DNA from: Candidatus Parcubacteria bacterium
Lineage (GTDB): Bacteria; Patescibacteriota; Minisyncoccia; Phycocordibacterales; CAIJYI01
NCBI GenBank assembly: GCA_026395595.1
Contig: JAPLYL010000005.1
Span: 12,853 to 76,852, forward strand
Length of the DNA: 64,000 nucleotides
Reading direction: 5' to 3'
Shown: positions 19,117 through 29,142 of the stretch, piece by piece
Numbering within the stretch: the first letter of the stretch is position 1
Layout: every line of letters begins with the position of its first letter
Notes under the pieces: model-generated
Databases searched by the model: none
The model's input: only the letters and a program-made list of their open reading frames with translations
Told to the model about the DNA's origin: nothing
Program-made: the position numbers and the translations under genes

Positions 19117-20259
19117 CTAAATACTGAAATTTCCGATGGAATACAAATCTTCCTCTTCTTCCTCCTCTTTTCTCAATTCTTCCGGCGATTTGTCATTCAT
19201 GGCGAGCTTTTCTTCCTCGGCGGATTCTTCGGCAATTTTCATGGCGAGCGCTTCGGCTTTGGCGAGTTCTTTATCATCCCTTTCTTTCTGCAAATCGGAA
19301 ACCGCTTCTTCCACCGTCACCTGTACATGAACAACCGGTTCTTTCGGAGGGGCATTTTTTTGGTTCTCAATGAATTTATCCATGAGCTCCGTTCCGCTTC
19401 TCGCTTTCGTTTGTTGCATCAATTCCAAAATTCCACGAAGGTCATCATTGGAAAAGAAATCAATGACCATTTTTCCGCCGTCGTCTTTTTTCTCAATGCG
19501 CACGCGCGTACCAAGACGCTCGGTAAATTTCGTTTCAAGGTCGGCAATTTCAGGGTCTTGGAAAAGCGATTTTTTACGGACTCTATCGTAAGCGATTCGG
19601 CGAGCGATTCCTTCGGTTTCGCGAACAGTCAGTTTTTTGTAGAGTATTTCTTTAAACAAAACGAGCTGTTCTTCCGGCCGGTCGGCAAGCATGAGTATCG
19701 GGCGGGAATGTCCTTCCGAGATTTTTCCGACCGCAATCGCATCCAAAATATCTTGAGGCAAAGCAAGCAATCTGATGGTGTTGGAGACATACTCGCGGCT
19801 TCTTCCGACCCGTTTCCCGATATCCGTATGTTTCAATCCAAACTCGCTGGCTAACTGCCCGAAAGCGCGCGCACGGTCAACCGGGTTCAGGTCCTCTCTC
19901 TGAAGATTCTCAATGATAGCCAATTCCAATTTGACGCGGTTATCGTCCTCGCCGGTTCGTATCACCGTCGGCACTTGTTTGACTCCCGCCAGCTTTGAAG
20001 CGCGCAGACGGCGTTCTCCCGAGATGAGTTCGTATTCAACCCCCATTCCTCCTTCTTCCTTCTCAAACTCTTTACGCGTCACCACAAGTGGTTGCAACAC
20101 CCCATACTGCCGTATGGAATCAGCCAATTCGCGCAATCGCGACTCGTCAAATTCCCTTCTTGGCTGGTAAGGATTCGGCTTTATTTTCTCCACCTCAATC
20201 CAGAAGATAGAATCGTAGATTTTCGGCTTAGCGTCATCATTGATGTTTTCCTGTGTCAT
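19117..20259 (-). CDS. parB: ParB/Spo0J partition protein with acidic C-terminal tail
   Basis: PNPYQPR, GVLQP, GERRLRA, ENLQREDL, HTH. Confidence 0.95.
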   Translation of the reverse strand: MTQENINDDAKPKIYDSIFWIEVEKIKPNPYQPRREFDESRLRELADSIRQYGVLQPLVVTRKEFEKEEGGMGVEYELISGERRLRASKLAGVKQVPTVIRTGEDDNRVKLELAIIENLQREDLNPVDRARAFGQLASEFGLKHTDIGKRVGRSREYVSNTIRLLALPQDILDAIAVGKISEGHSRPILMLADRPEEQLVLFKEILYKKLTVRETEGIARRIAYDRVRKKSLFQDPEIADLETKFTERLGTRVRIEKKDDGGKMVIDFFSNDDLRGILELMQQTKARSGTELMDKFIENQKNAPPKEPVVHVQVTVEEAVSDLQKERDDKELAKAEALAMKIAEESAEEEKLAMNDKSPEELRKEEEEEEDLYSIGNFSI

Positions 20260-20360
20260 GCCTCTATCTTATCACGAGAAAGCACCGCGAGCAAAATGGG
20301 GATTATTGTAAAAAAAAGTCTCGTTCCTTTCAGAACAAGACTTTAAACGCGACTGCGTCT

Positions 20361-20615
20361 TTAAAAATTTCCGTATTCCGCCCAAGCACGTTCTTCATCG
20401 TATTGCTTATCCACAAAAGAATGTTCTTCCCATGCCAGTTCTACTTCTGTTTCCTTGTCGTAGCCGACAAGACCCCCTATCCCCCATTCTTCGGGAATTG
20501 GATCGCCCGCGGAATAGCCATACAGCCAGTCGGGAACTTCTTGAAAAAGCCAAGCTTGATTTTCCCGATCAAAATAAGCTGTCCCGCCGCCTTGTGTTGC
20601 ATAAAATGCTTTCAT
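20361..20615 (-). CDS. Orphan acidic aromatic-rich 84-aa protein
   Basis: Perfect TTGACA-17-TATAAT at 20650-20678, GGGGAG SD, downstream hairpin. Confidence 0.7.
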   Translation of the reverse strand: MKAFYATQGGGTAYFDRENQAWLFQEVPDWLYGYSAGDPIPEEWGIGGLVGYDKETEVELAWEEHSFVDKQYDEERAWAEYGNF

Positions 20616-20744
20616 GTCATCTCCCCGGTTGATGTAATTTCTGTGCTTTATTATACACAAAGATATGATAAATGTCAAGGACAGACAAGCAAATCAAAAC
20701 GGCGATTGATTTTTTCGCAAAAACACGATATTATATGCTGGTAA

Positions 20745-20826
20745 GCCGGAGTGATGAAATTGGTAACCATGCACGACTCAAAATCGTGTGCCGTAAGGCT
20801 TGGGAGTTCAAGTCTCCCCTCCGGCA
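20745..20826 (+). tRNA. tRNA-Leu (CAA)
   Basis: GCCGGAG/CTCCGGC acceptor stem, CACGA-CTCAAAA-TCGTG anticodon arm, variable arm, GTTCAAGTC T loop. Confidence 0.96.
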
Positions 20827-21034
20827 CAAGAAAACACACCCTTTGGGTGTTTTTTTGTGCCGGAAAAAAAAAGCAAACTGCTTTGCTTTTTGCGGGAGAC
20901 TTGAAGGTCGGAGTCATGTCCCTGCAGGGACAGACGAGACGGGGTCGCGGAAAATTTTGTCGGGACAAAATATTTATCTGTGACCAAGTCTCCCCTCCGG
21001 CACAAAGAAAAATCGCCCCAACGGGCGATTTTTT
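20827..21034 (+). repeat. tRNA-Leu 3'-associated module (terminator, split inverted copy, direct copy, second terminator)
   Basis: GTGCCGGA (20857-20864) and GGGAGACTTGAA (20894-20905) are the inverted tRNA end; CAAGTCTCCCCTCCGGCACAA (20985-21005) is an exact direct copy. Confidence 0.9.
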
Positions 21035-21039
21035 ACTCT

Positions 21040-21723
21040 CTATTTCGTAACAAAAACTTGCGATGCCGGCTTTCCATTTTCCATAACCAAAATATCCGTC
21101 TTCGTACTGAATTGATGGTCTCCATTATCAACATAGAGCACCGTGTAGTACTTCCCCCCTGACTGAGTATTGCGAAGAAGTTCTACCGAAACATTCTCAT
21201 TCGTTCCCGTCGGGAACCATGCTGCTCCGAGAATCCTTCCGAATTCCCCCTCCTCATCTTCGCGTATCGCCACCCAGCCGTCTTTCACGATCTTTACCTT
21301 TGAGAGAGCAACTGAGCTTCCAGCCGCCTGTCCCGAAACCGAGACAAAATTTCCTTCTGTTTTTTTCTGCGCAACAACAGGGGTTTCTTTTTTAGGAACG
21401 ACCTTTACCGGAACAGGAATCTCTTTTTTCACGGCAATAACTTTTTTCACAGGAGCAGGGGTTTCTTTTTTAACCGCAACAACTTTCTTCACCGGCGTCA
21501 CGGTTTTTTTCACAATCTTTTCGGTTGTCGCCGAAGTAACGGCAGCGGCCAGGGTCGTTGTAGCAACTTTGTTATTTTTCACGGCAACTTCCACGACTCC
21601 GCGTCTCGTCCACATACGCCCGGCGCTAAACCCAAAAAGGAGTCCTGCGATAATGGTAACGATAAGAATGTTGCGTTGTTTATTCTGATCTTCCGCAACG
21701 ACTTCTGTTTTTTTATTCTTCAT
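21040..21723 (-). CDS. Membrane-anchored protein with PVKK/VKKE repeat linker and C-terminal beta-rich domain
   Basis: N-terminal TM, about three PVKKVxAVKKE repeats, GWVAI...GRILGA...YVDNGD domain. Confidence 0.8.
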   Translation of the reverse strand: MKNKKTEVVAEDQNKQRNILIVTIIAGLLFGFSAGRMWTRRGVVEVAVKNNKVATTTLAAAVTSATTEKIVKKTVTPVKKVVAVKKETPAPVKKVIAVKKEIPVPVKVVPKKETPVVAQKKTEGNFVSVSGQAAGSSVALSKVKIVKDGWVAIREDEEGEFGRILGAAWFPTGTNENVSVELLRNTQSGGKYYTVLYVDNGDHQFSTKTDILVMENGKPASQVFVTK

Positions 21724-21848
21724 GAGTTTTTTCGTATTTTTAGCCAGTAGTACTTCTATCTTCTTAAAATTTCACACAAAAGTCAACGTTGCCGTTTTTG
21801 AGTTTTTCTTTCTTTGACGAAACCACTTATCGCTTATATACTCCAAAG

Positions 21849-22748
21849 ATGGAAAAACTTCCGAAAATCATCGCCATTCTCGGGCCCACCTCGTCAGGAA
21901 AAAGCGACCTGGCGGTTCTTCTCGCGCAAAGATATAACGGCGAGATTATTTCAGCAGACTCCCGCCAAGTCTACCGCGGGCTTGATATAGCGACCGGAAA
22001 AGTTACCAAAGAAGAGATGGGAGGTATTCCCCATCACTTGCTTGATATTGCAGACCCAAAGGAACAGTACACCGTCTCCCATTTCAAACGCGATGCGGAA
22101 AAAATAATTGACGATATTTTATCGAAAGGAAAACTCCCTATTATTTGCGGAGGCACCGCGCAGTACGCCGATGCCGTAACGGAAAATTTTATCACGCCGG
22201 AAATTCCTCCCGACAACGAACTGCGAAATGAACTTGAGAAAAAAAGCACCGAAGCGCTTTTTTTCGAACTCCAAAAACTTGATCCGAACCGTTCAGAAAC
22301 CATAGACCGAAACAACCGGCGTCGCCTTGTTCGCGCCATAGAAATCGCAAAAGCGCTCGGCTCGGTTCCTCAAATTCCCGATGTCCCTAAAAGATATGAC
22401 GTTCTCAAAATTGCCATTTCAACCGACAAAGAAACCCTCCGCAACCGCATAAAAAATCGCGTAGAAAAACGCATGCAGCAAGGCATGGTAGAAGAAGCCA
22501 AAAAACTTCACGAAGACGGTCTCACTTTTGAACGCATGAAAGACCTCGGACTTGAATACCGATACCTCGCCGATTTTTTGGAAGGAAAAATATCCGAAGA
22601 AAAATTAAAAGAAGAAATCTTTTTCAAAGACTATCAATACGCCAAACGCCAAATGACCTGGCTCAAACGCGACCAAAAAATCCATTGGTTTGATCTCGCT
22701 CAAAAAGAAGAAATCCTCACCCTCGCAAAAAACTTTTTAAAGAACTAG
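21849..22748 (+). CDS. miaA: tRNA dimethylallyltransferase
   Basis: GPTSSGKS, ISADSRQVY, PHHLLD, YAKRQMTW; ATG 21849 follows TATACT. Confidence 0.97.
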   Translation: MEKLPKIIAILGPTSSGKSDLAVLLAQRYNGEIISADSRQVYRGLDIATGKVTKEEMGGIPHHLLDIADPKEQYTVSHFKRDAEKIIDDILSKGKLPIICGGTAQYADAVTENFITPEIPPDNELRNELEKKSTEALFFELQKLDPNRSETIDRNNRRRLVRAIEIAKALGSVPQIPDVPKRYDVLKIAISTDKETLRNRIKNRVEKRMQQGMVEEAKKLHEDGLTFERMKDLGLEYRYLADFLEGKISEEKLKEEIFFKDYQYAKRQMTWLKRDQKIHWFDLAQKEEILTLAKNFLKN

Positions 22749-22783
22749 AAAAAACGCCCCGATTATTCGGGGCGTCTTGTATT

Positions 22784-23656
22784 TTACTCTTTCGGAAGTT
22801 CTCTGTCCAAAAATTTGTTAATTACCGTATTGGGCACAACGAGAGCAATATCGGTAAGCGAACTTTGTTCCAACATTACCATGGATACGACTCCGATCAT
22901 TTTCATATCGCCGAGCGTCAAGACTGGACCGCCGGAATTTCCGGGAACAATGGGGGCGACGAGATACAAGTAGTCGCCATCCTTCATTTTCTCAAGATCT
23001 TTGCGCGCAATCTTTCCGTCAGTAATAACATTTTTTACTCCGAGAGGAGACCCTATCGCGATAATGCTTTCATCGGAAAAGAATTTCTTACGCGACACTT
23101 CTATCGGCGAGTAGTGGAAACGTTCCGGGTTCTTTACTTTCAAAAGAGACAGATCGTTTTTATCAACAGCAACGAGAGAAGCAAGAAAACTTTTCCCTTT
23201 GCTGTCAACTAAAGAATACTGAGTAATGACTTTCGCGTCTATATATTTTCCGGGATTATCTTTTTCCGTGCCGGCGGTCATTTTTTTTAATTTTTCTATC
23301 ACCTCAGTGTCATCGACAAGATGTTTTACGGATATCAGATACCCTTCCGCGATAACCGTTCCCGCTCCAGTGCTCTGTTTAATTACTTTCCGCGAGTGGA
23401 ACAATGGCTTCCCTGTTTTTTCGGGGTTATCAAATATCTGAAGATCAGCCGTTACGGTCGTTTCCACCGCAAAAACCGAATTAGCCCGATGTTTCCGAGC
23501 CCAAGCATGAGCGGAATCAATATCCTGAATCGTCTGCTGTCCAGGGTACAGATACTGTTTCGATGACCCGGTGTCGCGCAGAGGCATAACGCAAGAAAAT
23601 AAAAGCACGATGAACAAAATAGCCCCGATAAACGGTATTTTTATGTATGTTTTCAT
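22784..23656 (-). CDS. Exported trypsin-like (S1C-type) serine protease without PDZ
   Basis: Hydrophobic N-terminus with Cys, SVKHLV, DLSLLK, PGNSGGP catalytic motifs; AGGAG SD. Confidence 0.88.
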   Translation of the reverse strand: MKTYIKIPFIGAILFIVLLFSCVMPLRDTGSSKQYLYPGQQTIQDIDSAHAWARKHRANSVFAVETTVTADLQIFDNPEKTGKPLFHSRKVIKQSTGAGTVIAEGYLISVKHLVDDTEVIEKLKKMTAGTEKDNPGKYIDAKVITQYSLVDSKGKSFLASLVAVDKNDLSLLKVKNPERFHYSPIEVSRKKFFSDESIIAIGSPLGVKNVITDGKIARKDLEKMKDGDYLYLVAPIVPGNSGGPVLTLGDMKMIGVVSMVMLEQSSLTDIALVVPNTVINKFLDRELPKE

Positions 23657-23845
23657 AGAACAAACTCCTTGAAAGGAAAAGACCTGTCTCCACCAAGGGT
23701 AGCCGTTTTTGAGGTTTCGGTCAATTTTACAACAAGGAAATAGCATGGTAAAAAGGAGGTTTTTCCGTACCCCTTGATTTTACTTGATTTTTTTATTGCT
23801 TCGTATTATACTCTAGGACACAGTAAATAAAGCAAAAAACATTAT

Positions 23846-24004
23846 ATGTCACAAGATCACTTGATTAAACTCGCCTGCGGAAAATGCAAAAATGTCAATT
23901 ACATGACTACCCGCAACAAAAAACAGGTTGAAAAGAAACTTACGCCGAATAAGCATTGTTCCGCCTGCCGAAAACACACGCCTCACAAAGAAGCGAAAAA
24001 ATAA
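23846..24004 (+). CDS. rpmG: 50S ribosomal protein L33, Zn-binding type (not in the ORF track)
   Basis: MSQDHLIKLACGKCKNVNYMTTRNKKQVEKKLTPNKHCSACRKHTPHKEAKK. Confidence 0.95.
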   Translation: MSQDHLIKLACGKCKNVNYMTTRNKKQVEKKLTPNKHCSACRKHTPHKEAKK

Positions 24005-24050
24005 ACCCCATCATAAAAAGTCCGTCGCATTTGCGACGGACTTTTTATGA

Positions 24051-24162
24051 TAATTTCCAATATCAAATATCAAATTTCCAAAAAATGACATCGGTTTTTT
24101 AAAGTCTCTTTTTTAAGTTTTAGATTTTCATTAGGAATTTGATATTGGGAATTTGGAATTTT
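24051..24162. repeat. Inverted array of 7-bp units
   Basis: AATTTCCAATATCAAATATCAAATT ... AATTTGATATTGGGAATTTGGAATT; similar array at ~25961-26030. Confidence 0.6.
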
Positions 24163-24238
24163 TATATAGCGTTTCTCTTTTTTTTATGCTAAACTTTCTC
24201 ACAGAGAAAAAGTTTGTTAATGATATTCCATATATTAT

Positions 24239-24309
24239 GGGAGCTTAGTTAAATGGTATAACAGTGGTCTCCAAAACCACTATCAGGGGTTCGATTCCTC
24301 TAGCTCCCG
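24239..24309 (+). tRNA. tRNA-Trp (CCA)
   Basis: GGGAGCT/AGCTCCC acceptor stem, GTGGT-CTCCAAA-ACCAC anticodon arm, GGTTCGATTCC. Confidence 0.95.
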
Positions 24310-24333
24310 CCCATAGTATTTTTTATCGGACAT

Positions 24334-24852
24334 ATGTTTAGACCCCTCAGCGCCAATCCGTTTGAAAAAATTTTAAACAAAGAAAAATATCAAGTCTTTC
24401 TTTTTGCGTGCCCGGCAAACATACCTTTTAGTTTCGCAGCACACCCGTGGTTTGTTATTAATAAAAAAGGAACACTGTCGCGGTGGGAAGTAACATTTCA
24501 ACAAAAAAAGAGGGATCAGAGCTGGGGATACTTAAGCAAAAACTTGTATCCTTTGTTTAGCGGGATTGAAACATTCCCGTTTCAGAGCAATTTTTTTTGG
24601 AAAGGAAAACTGCTGAATTATATCGAGGGAGGAGAAGGGTCAACGGCTCAGTCTATGGCAGAATTTATTGAACATTCGCCGGAAAATTACCCGCACAATC
24701 AAAGGTATTCCTTATCAAAAATAAACTCCAATACATATGCGCAGTGGGTTTTGAATCATTTTAGGGAAACAAAACTCGCTTTACCGTGGAATGCGCTTGG
24801 AAAAAAATCCCTCTATGCGGAGATCTCAATAGATCAAAAGAAAAAGAACTAA
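24334..24852 (+). CDS. Hypothetical protein, DUF3750-like (papain-like H/W and NSN motifs)
   Basis: FAAHPW, RWEV, NSNTYAQW, LPWNALGK. Confidence 0.7.
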   Translation: MFRPLSANPFEKILNKEKYQVFLFACPANIPFSFAAHPWFVINKKGTLSRWEVTFQQKKRDQSWGYLSKNLYPLFSGIETFPFQSNFFWKGKLLNYIEGGEGSTAQSMAEFIEHSPENYPHNQRYSLSKINSNTYAQWVLNHFRETKLALPWNALGKKSLYAEISIDQKKKN

Positions 24853-24859
24853 GATATCC

Positions 24860-25936
24860 TTAAGTCTCATTGCTGGGTTTATCAAGCGAAAGCATTTCAA
24901 TACCGGTTCCGTTTCCGGTAATCTTCACGACGTCTTTATCTATCTTATTGAGTTCCTTTGCTCCGCTATTGTAATGTCCGACAACCGTTCCGAGAGAATT
25001 TCCGAGCTTTTTGTAATACTCGTCATACGCTTTCAAATGCTTCCCGAGTTCTTCAACTCGTTTGGAAATATCGCGCGCAGACTCTTCTATTTTAAAAGCG
25101 CGGAAACCATACAAAACAGAACTCAAATAAGCAGAAAAGGTTGTCGGAGAAACGATAATGACATGCTTGTCTTTGTAAGCGTAATCTATCAAACTTCGCG
25201 TATTGGATTTTATCGCCCCCACCTCGTTCACGAGCAAATCATAATAAATTCCCTCTGCCGGAATATACATCATCGCGAACGGCAGCGTCCCCTCTGACGG
25301 ACGAATATATTTCGCCGTTTCATCTATGCGCTTTTTCAAATCGGCAATAAAATCTTTTTCCAGTTCCGCTTTTCTTTCAGGATTCGTTTCATTGATGATG
25401 CGATTATAATTATCCAGTGAGAACTTCGCGTCTATCGGTATCATGCCATCTTTGGTCTTAATGACCGCGTCCACTTTATCATTATCAGCAAAAGGATATT
25501 GCAGCTGATAGGCATCGGGAGGCAAAACATTTCCCAAGATAAGCTCCAGACTCGCCTCACCCAAACTTCCGCGATGCTTTTGATTGGTTAAAATTTTCTG
25601 AAGATTGTGCAGTTCCTCGGTAATTCCCAAAACCTGCTTGCTCCCCTCGTTCGTTTCCGTCACCGCTTTCGTTACCTCAGAAAGATGCCGTTTCATTTCG
25701 CTGTTGATATCCTGCATGAATTTCTGCGATTCCGAAAACTGCCGAAGCGTCGCATTCTGAGACTCGCCAAGTTTCTTATCCACTACCTGCATAAGAGAAT
25801 CCAGTCGGTGCTGAAGCATGAGCATACCTTGATCAGACCCTGCTGTCTTTTTCTGCCCCCGTAAAAGAAGAATGGCGACCAGTCCTCCGATAATAACCGC
25901 GAGGATTACAATAATGACAATAGAGAGAGTATTCAT
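24860..25936 (-). CDS. rmuC: DNA recombination protein RmuC
   Basis: N-terminal TM, RGSLGE..LE, IDAKF, KYI.P..GT, VSPTT. Confidence 0.93.
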   Translation of the reverse strand: MNTLSIVIIVILAVIIGGLVAILLLRGQKKTAGSDQGMLMLQHRLDSLMQVVDKKLGESQNATLRQFSESQKFMQDINSEMKRHLSEVTKAVTETNEGSKQVLGITEELHNLQKILTNQKHRGSLGEASLELILGNVLPPDAYQLQYPFADNDKVDAVIKTKDGMIPIDAKFSLDNYNRIINETNPERKAELEKDFIADLKKRIDETAKYIRPSEGTLPFAMMYIPAEGIYYDLLVNEVGAIKSNTRSLIDYAYKDKHVIIVSPTTFSAYLSSVLYGFRAFKIEESARDISKRVEELGKHLKAYDEYYKKLGNSLGTVVGHYNSGAKELNKIDKDVVKITGNGTGIEMLSLDKPSNET

Positions 25937-26028
25937 TTGTATAGTATACCGCAAACACAAAAAATTTCTAATTTCAAAAAACCGACGTCGTCTTTCATTG
26001 GAAATTAGAAATTGGATATTAGAAATTT

Positions 26029-26607
26029 TTATACTGTCTCTTCTATTTTTTTCAGTACTTCGGGAATTCCCATATTCTTTTCGGCGGAGAACGGAATAAA
26101 TGGGACATCGCCGACCTTTGCGATAATTTCTTTCAACTGTTTCGGTCTCGCGGTTTTATTGATACGATCAAATTTATTTCCCACCACCACAAAAGGAACT
26201 TTGCCTTGAGTAAGCGCTTTTATCATTTCAAGATCTCGGTCGCTCGGACCCACATAAGCATCAATCAACACAAAAACGAGAGCAATCGGCGCCCCTGATT
26301 CAAAAAGATACCAAGTAATATGCTTCACGAGTTTTTCTTTTTCCTTATCGCGAACTTGAGCATAACCGTACCCGGGCAAGTCCACGAAATAGAAGGCATC
26401 ATTTACTAGAAAGAAATTTATCTCTCTGGTTTTTCCCGGAGAGGAACTGGAGCGCGCCAAATTTTTGCGAGAAAGAAGCGCATTGATAACGCTTGATTTC
26501 CCCACATTGGAACGCCCCACAAAAGCAAATTGCGGTTTTGAGGTATCATTCAGTATGGAATCCGTCCCCTTAATCCCGCGGGCGAACTCGGCAGATGTTA
26601 TTTTCAT
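26029..26607 (-). CDS. engB: GTP-binding protein EngB/YihA/YsxC
   Basis: GRSNVGKSS, PGKT, DLPGYG, NKFD. Confidence 0.96.
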   Translation of the reverse strand: MKITSAEFARGIKGTDSILNDTSKPQFAFVGRSNVGKSSVINALLSRKNLARSSSSPGKTREINFFLVNDAFYFVDLPGYGYAQVRDKEKEKLVKHITWYLFESGAPIALVFVLIDAYVGPSDRDLEMIKALTQGKVPFVVVGNKFDRINKTARPKQLKEIIAKVGDVPFIPFSAEKNMGIPEVLKKIEETV

Positions 26608-26758
26608 ACGATTGATTATGCCACAAAATAAGTGTTTTTACAAGTGGACTCCCTTTTTAAAAGAATAAACCCCCGACAGTCCATAATGGTGTGTCGGGGG
26701 TTCAATGCCCGATTGGAGCATTCTTGGTATTTTTGGAATTTAATCCGATACTTTTACT

Positions 26759-26902
26759 TTATTTACTGTCCCACTCCAGCGCCTCTTGGCGGCTGAGCAC
26801 TTGTCCTTGGAATACGGCATAGACCGGAGTCTCAACCGTTTTTTCCGCTTCCGGTGTTTCTTCGGTTACATGGGTGGTATCTTTTTCAGCCTCGGTAATC
26901 AT
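26759..26902 (-). CDS. Orphan acidic 47-aa peptide
   Basis: TTGACA (26973-26978) promoter, GGAG SD, hairpin CCCCCGACA...TGTCGGGGG downstream. Confidence 0.55.
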   Translation of the reverse strand: MITEAEKDTTHVTEETPEAEKTVETPVYAVFQGQVLSRQEALEWDSK

Positions 26903-27016
26903 GATATTCTCCAATTGGGGTAAATAAAAATGAACAAACTTACTGTGATATATTATCATTTATCATAGCTTTTGTCAAGTGTTTCCAGTCCCCTTTTTTT
27001 AAGGTAAAATTTTGAG

Positions 27017-27907
27017 ATGGAAAACAACAAAAAAATAATTCTCGTCACCGGTGGCGCAGGCTTCATCGGCTCGCACTTGATAGAGCGTTTAGTTGCAGAC
27101 CCTGACAATCAAGTCATCTCTCTGGATAATTATTTCACCGGCAAAACCGAAAATCATATCCCGGGCGCCGAGTATCGCAAAGGTCATACCAAAGACATTG
27201 AAACGCTTGTTCCTGAAAAACCTGACATCATTTACCATCTCGGCGAATACTCGCGGGTTTTCAAAAGCATGGAAGAGCCGTATCTCGTGTGGGATTTGAA
27301 TATGGACGGCACGTTCGGCGTTCTTGAATTTTGGAGAAAACACGGAGGAAAACTCGTCTATGCCGGTTCTTCTACCAAGTCTGCTTCCCCCCGTCCTTCC
27401 GATTCCGTCCTTGGACGAGATCTTTCCATGTACACATGGACAAAAGCGGCAAATTCCGAACTCGTCGCAAACTATGGACGATGGTTCAACCTTCCTTACG
27501 CCATTACTTATTTTTACAATGTTTACGGCCCGGGAGAAAGAGATGATATTAACCACTACGGAACGGTGATAGAGATATTCAAACAAAAATTTCTGCATGG
27601 AGAACCTTTCCCGGTAAAAAGTCCGGGAACCCAAACGCGCGCTTTCACCCATGTAGAAGATACGGTCTCCGGCATTCTGCTTGCCGGAGAAAAAGGCGAA
27701 GGCGATGAATTCGGCATTTGCTCCAAAGAAACTTTTTCGCTTCTTGATGTGGCCCGCATGTTCGGCGGTGAAGTTGAAATGCTTCCGCCTACTCCGTCCA
27801 CTCGTTCAGTGGAAGCCATAGATCCGGTGAAAATAAAAGCTCTCGGATGGAAACAAGAACATACCCTTCCGGAGTATATCGAAAAAATTAAAAAAACAAA
27901 ACACTAG
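27017..27907 (+). CDS. NAD-dependent epimerase/dehydratase
   Basis: TGGAGFIGS, YTWTK, NVYGP, RAFTHVED. Confidence 0.93.
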   Translation: MENNKKIILVTGGAGFIGSHLIERLVADPDNQVISLDNYFTGKTENHIPGAEYRKGHTKDIETLVPEKPDIIYHLGEYSRVFKSMEEPYLVWDLNMDGTFGVLEFWRKHGGKLVYAGSSTKSASPRPSDSVLGRDLSMYTWTKAANSELVANYGRWFNLPYAITYFYNVYGPGERDDINHYGTVIEIFKQKFLHGEPFPVKSPGTQTRAFTHVEDTVSGILLAGEKGEGDEFGICSKETFSLLDVARMFGGEVEMLPPTPSTRSVEAIDPVKIKALGWKQEHTLPEYIEKIKKTKH

Positions 27908-27910
27908 AAC

Positions 27911-29137
27911 ATGCCGAAAAAAATTCTTATTTTTTCTCTCGCTTATTACCCGAACTTTGTGTCGGGAGCGGAAGCGGCAATCAAAGAAATCACCGACCGC
28001 ATTAGTTCCGAAGATATTGAATTTCACATGGTAACGCTTCGTTTTGATTCGACGCTCCCGCGCATGGAAAAAATCGGAAATGTTATCGTTCACCGAATCG
28101 GCTGGGGAAATGTCGCAACCGCAAAAGAGGCATCAAGCCCGCTTTTTTATCTTTCAAAAATTCTCTTTGTCCCGATGTCCGCAGTGAAGGCTATTTCTTT
28201 GCATCAAAAAAACCATTTTGATGCGCTCTGGGCGATGATGACTTACATGCTTTTCCCCGTTGTTTTTATGCATTTCCTTGGAGTAAAAATCCCGCATATT
28301 CTCACCTTGCAAGACGGAGATCCATACGAAAAAGTTTTTCTGAGGTGGAAAATACGGCTGTTTACACCATTACTTGATTATGGCTTCAGAACAGCATCGC
28401 TTATACAGACTATTTCAGTTTTTCTCGCGGAATGGCCGAAAAAACGCGGATATAAAGGAGACGTAGAACTTATCTACAATGGAGCCAATCCTCGCGATCT
28501 TAAAGATGCCGTTTCTTTGGAAGAAGTTGAGGCGATGAAACAAAAACTTAATAAAAAACACGGGGATATTTTTCTGGTAAACACCTCGCGTCTTGTGCGT
28601 CAAAAGGGATTTGATACAATAATCCGCGCGCTGACAAACCTGCCGACAAATATCCGTTTCCTTGCCGTCGGCGAAGGTGGAGATGAACCGATGCTGAAAG
28701 CCCTGACAAAAGAATTGGGACTGGAAGACCGTGTTATCTTTACCGGCAGAGTAGACCGAAGCGTCGTGACGCTGTATCGCCGAGCTGCGGACATCTTCGT
28801 CGCGCCGAGCCGTTCGGAAGGACTCGGAAATGCTTTTATCTCCGCTCTCGCTTCCCGTCTTCCCCTTATCGCCACGCAAGTCGGAGGGATGGCAGACTAT
28901 GTTTTTGATGAAAAGCACAATCCCGACAAACAGCCGACCGCGTGGGTAGTAGATCCTGATCAGCCGGAACAGATTGAGGAAAAGGTAAAAGAGATTATCG
29001 CCAATCCGGAAAAAGCAAAACGCATTTCCGAATATGCCCGCAAAATGGTGGAAGAAAAATATGATTGGGATAAAATTGCACAGCAAATGAAAACAAAAGT
29101 ATTTGATTCCGTCATTTCCAAAAAACTTGCTAATTAA
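27911..29137 (+). CDS. Glycosyltransferase family 4
   Basis: SGAE, SRLVRQKG, SRSEGLGNAF motifs. Confidence 0.92.
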   Translation: MPKKILIFSLAYYPNFVSGAEAAIKEITDRISSEDIEFHMVTLRFDSTLPRMEKIGNVIVHRIGWGNVATAKEASSPLFYLSKILFVPMSAVKAISLHQKNHFDALWAMMTYMLFPVVFMHFLGVKIPHILTLQDGDPYEKVFLRWKIRLFTPLLDYGFRTASLIQTISVFLAEWPKKRGYKGDVELIYNGANPRDLKDAVSLEEVEAMKQKLNKKHGDIFLVNTSRLVRQKGFDTIIRALTNLPTNIRFLAVGEGGDEPMLKALTKELGLEDRVIFTGRVDRSVVTLYRRAADIFVAPSRSEGLGNAFISALASRLPLIATQVGGMADYVFDEKHNPDKQPTAWVVDPDQPEQIEEKVKEIIANPEKAKRISEYARKMVEEKYDWDKIAQQMKTKVFDSVISKKLAN

Positions 29138-29142
29138 CTTAA

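Noticed and set aside
20672-21050. Several short ORFs on both strands
   Set aside because: Overlap tRNA-Leu and its repeat module; no coding features
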